A stretch of 62,591 nt of DNA, filler included, from Stramenopiles sp. TOSAG23-3 (taxonomy: Eukaryota): NCBI GenBank assembly GCA_900128585.1. It is 4 parts of 4 records of this genome, joined end to end, with 100 filler letters (N's around TTAATTAATTAA, not from the genome) between each part and the next. Parts side by side here need not be neighbours in the genome. Positions count along the whole stretch, not along the records: positions 47,083 to 62,591 come from LT642519.1; 3 more parts are not named here. The stretch is one strand, 5' to 3'. The position numbers were made by a program, and so were the translations under genes. Below are positions 57,019 to 62,591 of this stretch, in pieces. Under the pieces are notes generated by a model. The model was not told where the DNA came from and ran no database searches. It worked only from the letters and a program-made list of their open reading frames with translations. Within the stretch, counting starts at the first letter, position 1. Each line of letters opens with the position of its first letter.

Positions 57019-58362
57019 ATGCAAAAAACTACTTTCGATGTTGCAGTTATTGGGGCGGGCGTCATTGGCACGTCCACGGCCCTTTCTTTGGCGCGACTTG
57101 GGTATCGCGTGGGCGTGTTTGATTCAAAGTCGGGAGCTGGGACTGGGACGACATCATATTCTTCAGGCATATGCCGCATGTTTTATTCTATTCCAGACAG
57201 CGTAAAGTTTGCATGGGAAGGGTACCATTATTGGAGGGAATGGGAGGATTTTGTTGCAATAAAGACTGAAGCGCACGCAAGGTTGCGAGAGTGTGGGGGG
57301 ATCCTGGTCGTTTCCGAGAACTCTCAATCGTTTATCGACAAAACTGTTCCTTGCATGGAGCAAGCAGGAGTGCCCGTAGAAGTTTGGGATCTAAACACAT
57401 CTCAAAAGAGACTGAAGAAATTAGGCGTTGATTTGTCGAAATCATTCAACCCAGCAAGGATCGACGACGCGGATTTTGGAGTGCCAAATGGGAAGCAAAT
57501 TAAAGGCGCAGTTTATTGTCCTGCAACCGGGTACGTATCAGATCCCACATTGGCAGTGCAAAATTTGATGCAAGCTGCTGGGGAGCAGGGGGCAGAGTTT
57601 TTGTTCAATAGTAAAGTGATGAGTATAAATCAAAATCAATCACGAGTGTCAGGTATAACGCTGGAAAATGGCCAGACTGTCGAAGCACCGGTGGTGTTGA
57701 ACGCAGCGGGGCCACATTCTTCCTTCATAAATGCCCTTGCTTTCCCCGGAACCGGTGATGCCGTCCCGAACGATATGTTGGTTCCAACACGCGCAATGCG
57801 GCAAGAAGTTGCATACGCAGCGCCCCCTCCCGGAGTTGACATGGACAAGGATGGAATGGTTATCACAGACTTAGATATCGGGGCGTACTGGAGACCAGAG
57901 GTTGGAAACAAAATTTTAATTGGGGGTATTGAACCGGAGTGCGACCCAGAAGAGTGGGTAGACGATATCGACGACATGAACATGGGGTTGACAGAGAATT
58001 GGACGAACTACATTTACCGTGTTGCGTTGAGGATGCCTGAAATGCCCCTCCCTACTGGCATGGGGACTCAGGGAATCGTAAGTGCGTATGATGTTACGCC
58101 GGACTGGACCCCAATATACGACAAGTCGGCACTCGGTGGCTATTACATGGCATGCGGTACAAGCGGCAATCAATTTAAAAACGCCGGTGTGGCTGGGGTT
58201 CTGATGGCAACATTGATTGACAAATGCGAGAACGGCTATGACCACGATAAAGAACCTTTGCAGTTCGAGCTCACAAAGTCAAACAGTGGAAAGTTCCTGG
58301 ACACGAAGTGTTTTTCAAGACTGCGCGATTTGAGTAATACGAGCGGCAGCGTGTTGGGATAA
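57019..58362 (+). CDS. FAD-dependent oxidoreductase, DAO/sarcosine oxidase beta-like
   Basis: VIGAGVIG Rossmann motif, GTTSYSSG, VLNAAGP, YDVTPDWTPIYD, GTSGNQFK. Confidence 0.9.
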   Translation: MQKTTFDVAVIGAGVIGTSTALSLARLGYRVGVFDSKSGAGTGTTSYSSGICRMFYSIPDSVKFAWEGYHYWREWEDFVAIKTEAHARLRECGGILVVSENSQSFIDKTVPCMEQAGVPVEVWDLNTSQKRLKKLGVDLSKSFNPARIDDADFGVPNGKQIKGAVYCPATGYVSDPTLAVQNLMQAAGEQGAEFLFNSKVMSINQNQSRVSGITLENGQTVEAPVVLNAAGPHSSFINALAFPGTGDAVPNDMLVPTRAMRQEVAYAAPPPGVDMDKDGMVITDLDIGAYWRPEVGNKILIGGIEPECDPEEWVDDIDDMNMGLTENWTNYIYRVALRMPEMPLPTGMGTQGIVSAYDVTPDWTPIYDKSALGGYYMACGTSGNQFKNAGVAGVLMATLIDKCENGYDHDKEPLQFELTKSNSGKFLDTKCFSRLRDLSNTSGSVLG

Positions 58363-58442
58363 CCCTCAGAATAATACTCAAAGCTTTAAATTAATACTTG
58401 GGAGTATGAATATTTTGATAGACTTACTCCGGTAAGAGTTAT

Positions 58443-58465
58443 AAAAACAAGAAAATTGGCTGTTA
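58443..58465 (-). repeat. Convergent-intergenic repeat core
   Basis: aaaaacaagaaaattggctgtta. Confidence 0.85.
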
Positions 58466-58657
58466 CTTCGTTTACTAAGTACGAAAGTATTTACTTTTTT
58501 ATTACACTCGTGGTTCAAAAGTAGAGAGTGTGTTAATTAAATTTACTAAGACTAGATGACTACAAAATGTGTGTATTATGCTCTCTTAAGAGATATCTTT
58601 ATTTTTTCTCTCTCTCTTCGTTTGATAAAAGGGCAATGTCAACAGCACCACTTTTTT

Positions 58658-61600
58658 TTAAGTGCTTTGGTTCTTATTCACTTCAATGTCTTCCCGGTGA
58701 ATGCCTTCATGAACGTCGCCGTCGTCAAAATGGATGACGTACGTGCCGTTGTTGTTGTATTTGTAAATCTCCCCCGGGAAACTGCCATCTGACCTCCATT
58801 CATCGGCGACGGCTAAAACTTTCAACCCCTCCATCAGCACCCCTTCCACACAGGATTCTTTGACGTGTTCATGGATTTCCCCATCGTCAAAAGCGACCGT
58901 AAACAGCCTTTCTCCGTCGCCTTCCTCTACGGCTGTTATGTATCCTGGATAGTAACCACCCCACTCCCCATCTTCAGAGATCACTTCTACCCTAGTGTCT
59001 ACCTTCAGCTCGCTATTGTCCTGGTTGTTGCCGTTGTCTATTTCCGCGTGTGGCAATCGCATCCACTTGGTAGAAACGACTGCTACATCACCATCGTTGA
59101 AGTGTACCGAATAGTAGTGGTGGTTGTCCTTCGTGTGAACTTCCTTCTCTACCTTGCCGGGATAGTAAACCGTGGAACCTTCCTCATATATTGCCTCCAC
59201 GAGTTCCTCTTCATGGAAACTCGCCATTTCAACGTCAATATGGTCTACTACGTGAACCTCTTCATCGTCAAAGTAAACTTCAAAAGACCCATCGTCCATC
59301 TCTCGCCGCACAACCCCAAGAAACCATTGCCCATCCTCATGATGCAACGATGCAATGACTCTGTCGCCATCGGAAAATTTCGATTTTTTTACGGGTTCTT
59401 CTTTTTCCGCGTTTTGTTCTCTCAGCTTTCTCACAAGCTGTTTTGCAAGGTACCCTCGAACTATCGCTTGCATTTTCGTGGCAGCAGCGATCTTGGCCAA
59501 TTTGTTAGAGGCTACTTTGGCCTTGTACTTCGATTTTTGGCGAAACATTCGCCAACACGCCTGCCCTTTTATTAATCCTCTTCTAAATTCAAAATAGGAA
59601 CGTCTTGCCACTGCCATTCTATACATGGACTGTATTTTTACAGAGGCATATACTTTCGCTACATTTTCCGACTCCTCCTTGATTTTGAGGAACGACTTTT
59701 TTGCTAAAATAAAGCGGAAAAATGACTGGATCTTTACGACACCCCGCAGGCAGGATTTGTAATTTGATTTTTCGTAGGCCATTCTACAAAATGCTTGAAT
59801 TTTTGTAACCGATAGTTTAGCCTGTAAAAACCGAGACCTGTGCATCACCATCCTGCCAAACGCTTGGAGCTTGAAAATGCAATGCCTGGTATCTAGGTAG
59901 GCCTTTTTGTCAAGCAACATTCGCATAAAGGCTTGGATTTTTACGATACGTATTTGATCTACTCCGTAAGAAGCTCTCTTCGGTACCATTCTGAGGAACG
60001 CTTGGATTTTCTTTATGCTCAGTCTAATTTTACAAACATAACCAAATGCCACGACCATTCTGCAGAAACTTTGAGCCTTTATTATTTTTGTGTACTTGGT
60101 TTTGTATTGAATCCTGCACAGACACCTTCGTGCAATTTTTTGAATCACAATGGCGCTGCTTCGCTTTTTGGCGTACAAATTAACGGCCCCGATTCTTTTC
60201 AAACAAAGCATCATTCGAGCCGCAGCTTGAATTTTCATAGCTGCACAATACTTTTCAATTTTTTCTTGGCCAATCAGTGCGTGCTCGTGGGAGCGCAACC
60301 ACGCAGACCCACTCGAAACAATCTCGTCTTGCATTGCTTTGGAGAGAGACTTCCTTCGACTTCGTTTCTTCGCAGCAGCTAAATCCCATGACTTAGCTTT
60401 GTCCGACAGCTGCGCGAAAGAGGTGCGATAGTGGGATTTCCATGCATCTTGCCTTTTCTTTTCTTTGGCTATTTCTTTTCTGTTCACGTAATCACGGAAG
60501 GTGCTTTGTACCAGCATTACTTTTTTTTGATTTCGAATGAAATGCAAAGACCTGTAAAGTGCTAGTTTACCTTTGCGTGCCTTGAAATACTGTTGCAGCC
60601 GCGTTGCCATTTTAGTCTTTTTTTCACGCCCTCTTTTAACCAACTGCCGCCTCCAAACGGACTGCACTATTATGTACCTACGCAAATCTTCTTTGTCTCG
60701 GATTTTTCTCTGCAAAACATTGCATGCTAGTTTCTGTCGCATGAAACTTTGGATTCGAATGTACGCTTTCATGCAAAAAAGTTGCCTTAAATTGTTTTTG
60801 GCAAGCAACACACGAGAGAATGATTGCAGCGTCCGAGTGGCTTGCTGTTTCGATTTGTAAGCCCCTGAATCGCGATGCATTCTCCATATACTTTGGAAGA
60901 CAATAGAGTGGTCTCGCTTCCGTTGAAACTGCTTTCTTGCGAATTTACAACGAGTGTACGCTTGGATCCTAACAACGTTCCTTTGGTACTTGTATTTATT
61001 TTCTTCCAGGCGACAGCGGATAAATGCCTGGATCTTTACAGCATTAATCCTGCGATTGTATTTCTTTCTTTGCAATTCACAGCGAACAAATGCCTGGATC
61101 AGAACAGCTTTTTTCCTGCGATTGTATTTCTTGCTTTGTAATTTACCGCGGACAAATGCCTGGATCAGAACAGCTTTTTTCCTGCGATTGTACTTTCGTT
61201 TTAGTTGTTCACATCGCACAAAAGCCTGGACCAGAACGATATTTTCCTTAGCCAAAAGATAGTTTTGTCGCTGCCGGAGTGCCCTGAACCATTCTTGAAT
61301 TGTTTTCGCGTTAGCATGCTTGCCCTGTAAGATTTTTCTGTATTGATTCCCTCGCGCGACGGCTTGTAAGGATCTAATTTTTATGGCTCCGACTATTTGC
61401 ATACAACGTTTACGAAATAAATGCTTCCTTATGGCACGTTGGATCACCGTAATGCTTTGTACCATCACATCATACATCGATTTTCGTCTTTTGCGATTGG
61501 GAGGGTTTATTGTTCCATCACGCAGTTTCTTATTGACAAGGTAACGACGGGCGTACCTTTGTATACAAACAGTCGCCAACAGAATGCGCACAAAATGGCC

Positions 61601-62590
61601 ACGAAAAATCTTCTGTATAAGTGTAGCGGCATTAAATACTTCATCAAGAATTGAAAAACCAGTTTTTTTCATCCGTTTGGTTATTTCTTTTCCTCGTATC
61701 ATATTTTTGTGGCTGCGCTCTTCTTTCCAAGCCTTTATCCACGGTCGCATGTATCGTTGAATTTCAATGGTGGCCCAAACAACCTTCGTGTATTCCTTAG
61801 TTGCCTTGCGGGCTCGAAAGCACGATTGAATAACTGCAACGGCTTTCTCTGCGGCGGCCTTCTCTGCTGCGGCTTGTTCCGCGGCGGCCTTCTCTGCTGC
61901 GGCCTGTTCCGCGGCAGCCTTCTCTGCAGCGGCTTGTTCCGCGGCGGCCTTCTCTGCTGCAGCTTCTTCCGCGGCAGCCTTCTCTGCAACGGCTTGTTCC
62001 GCGGCGGCCTTCTCTGCAACGGCTTGTTCCGCGGCGGCGTTCTCTGCAGCGGCGTTCTCTGCAGCGGCGTTCTCTGCTGCGGCCTGTTCCGCGGCAGCCT
62101 TCTCCGCAGCGGCTTGTTCCGCGGCGGCCTTCTCTACAGCGGCTTGTTCTGCGGGGGCCTTCTCTGCAATTCCCTGTTCCGCAGCGGCGGGTTGTTCTGC
62201 GACAACTTTTTCTGTGGTGGCCTTCTCCACGATGAGTTGTTTTGCGGGCGCTTCTTTACCGGCAGCCTGCTCGTTCCTAGCTTCTCGAACACCTTCTATT
62301 ATCGTAATGCTTTTAAAACCCCCAGATTCACCATTGGGGGGGGCAAGTGTTTCAGGAGCACTTTCTGATTCGACTTTTTTTGGCTTTGATGTGTTGGAAT
62401 CATTACTTGCGGCTTTCGAGGCTTCCTGAATCTGCTTCGAGCTTACTGGACGATCAAGTTTTTTTTTGCCATCTCCCTCTTCACTTTTTAGCACTGGTGT
62501 GGTACTTGGCGCTCCATTTATTTTGTGCTTTCCAGTTTGTTGATGGGGCAAGCTGTCTGAGACTATAATTTCTTCGTCTACTTCAATTTC
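58658..62590 (-). CDS. IQ-motif-rich protein with Ala/Glu helical repeat and C-terminal Tudor-like repeats (5'-partial)
   Basis: Frame is open to the window edge; many IQxxxR motifs; four units like W/Y(F/Y)PG.I......Y.V.FDDG. Confidence 0.85.
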   Translation of the reverse strand, partial: EIEVDEEIIVSDSLPHQQTGKHKINGAPSTTPVLKSEEGDGKKKLDRPVSSKQIQEASKAASNDSNTSKPKKVESESAPETLAPPNGESGGFKSITIIEGVREARNEQAAGKEAPAKQLIVEKATTEKVVAEQPAAAEQGIAEKAPAEQAAVEKAAAEQAAAEKAAAEQAAAENAAAENAAAENAAAEQAVAEKAAAEQAVAEKAAAEEAAAEKAAAEQAAAEKAAAEQAAAEKAAAEQAAAEKAAAEKAVAVIQSCFRARKATKEYTKVVWATIEIQRYMRPWIKAWKEERSHKNMIRGKEITKRMKKTGFSILDEVFNAATLIQKIFRGHFVRILLATVCIQRYARRYLVNKKLRDGTINPPNRKRRKSMYDVMVQSITVIQRAIRKHLFRKRCMQIVGAIKIRSLQAVARGNQYRKILQGKHANAKTIQEWFRALRQRQNYLLAKENIVLVQAFVRCEQLKRKYNRRKKAVLIQAFVRGKLQSKKYNRRKKAVLIQAFVRCELQRKKYNRRINAVKIQAFIRCRLEENKYKYQRNVVRIQAYTRCKFARKQFQRKRDHSIVFQSIWRMHRDSGAYKSKQQATRTLQSFSRVLLAKNNLRQLFCMKAYIRIQSFMRQKLACNVLQRKIRDKEDLRRYIIVQSVWRRQLVKRGREKKTKMATRLQQYFKARKGKLALYRSLHFIRNQKKVMLVQSTFRDYVNRKEIAKEKKRQDAWKSHYRTSFAQLSDKAKSWDLAAAKKRSRRKSLSKAMQDEIVSSGSAWLRSHEHALIGQEKIEKYCAAMKIQAAARMMLCLKRIGAVNLYAKKRSSAIVIQKIARRCLCRIQYKTKYTKIIKAQSFCRMVVAFGYVCKIRLSIKKIQAFLRMVPKRASYGVDQIRIVKIQAFMRMLLDKKAYLDTRHCIFKLQAFGRMVMHRSRFLQAKLSVTKIQAFCRMAYEKSNYKSCLRGVVKIQSFFRFILAKKSFLKIKEESENVAKVYASVKIQSMYRMAVARRSYFEFRRGLIKGQACWRMFRQKSKYKAKVASNKLAKIAAATKMQAIVRGYLAKQLVRKLREQNAEKEEPVKKSKFSDGDRVIASLHHEDGQWFLGVVRREMDDGSFEVYFDDEEVHVVDHIDVEMASFHEEELVEAIYEEGSTVYYPGKVEKEVHTKDNHHYYSVHFNDGDVAVVSTKWMRLPHAEIDNGNNQDNSELKVDTRVEVISEDGEWGGYYPGYITAVEEGDGERLFTVAFDDGEIHEHVKESCVEGVLMEGLKVLAVADEWRSDGSFPGEIYKYNNNGTYVIHFDDGDVHEGIHREDIEVNKNQST
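61835..62190 (-). repeat. 15/30-nt coding minisatellite encoding (E[KQN]AAA)n
   Basis: gcggcggccttctctgc / gcggcttgttcc units repeated. Confidence 0.92.
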
Positions 62591-62591
62591 T

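Noticed and set aside
61709-62368. Cys/Gly-rich repeat protein on the + strand
   Set aside because: Antisense translation of the E[KQN]AAA minisatellite

Overview
Eukaryotic nuclear DNA, most likely from a heterotrophic stramenopile/SAR protist (inferred from gene content, not proven). It is at least four contigs joined by artificial N44-TTAATTAATTAA-N44 spacers, with two further N gaps. About 22 protein genes lie as GC-richer, apparently intron-free ORFs between very AT-rich spacers, mostly alternating head-to-head and tail-to-tail. They include IMP3, an MTA/SAH nucleosidase, EndoU, a PhyH dioxygenase, an MFS transporter, a TLC protein, an FAD oxidoreductase, GAF, MORN, EF-hand/C2 and IQ/Tudor proteins, a CAP-Gly-RanBD-PP2C fusion, several large secreted or surface proteins (PSI-IPT-Sushi-Link; NHL-LCCL-EGF-TM; L-type lectin) and a disrupted PH-START gene. 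The most striking non-coding signal is a dispersed ~25-100 nt element (core AAATAACAGCCAATTTT(C/T)TTGTTTT). It is present in 6 of the 7 tail-to-tail intergenic regions not split by a contig spacer, and I saw no clear copy in head-to-head or tandem spacers. It sometimes forms tandem or fold-back arrays, reminiscent of bacterial REP/BIME elements.
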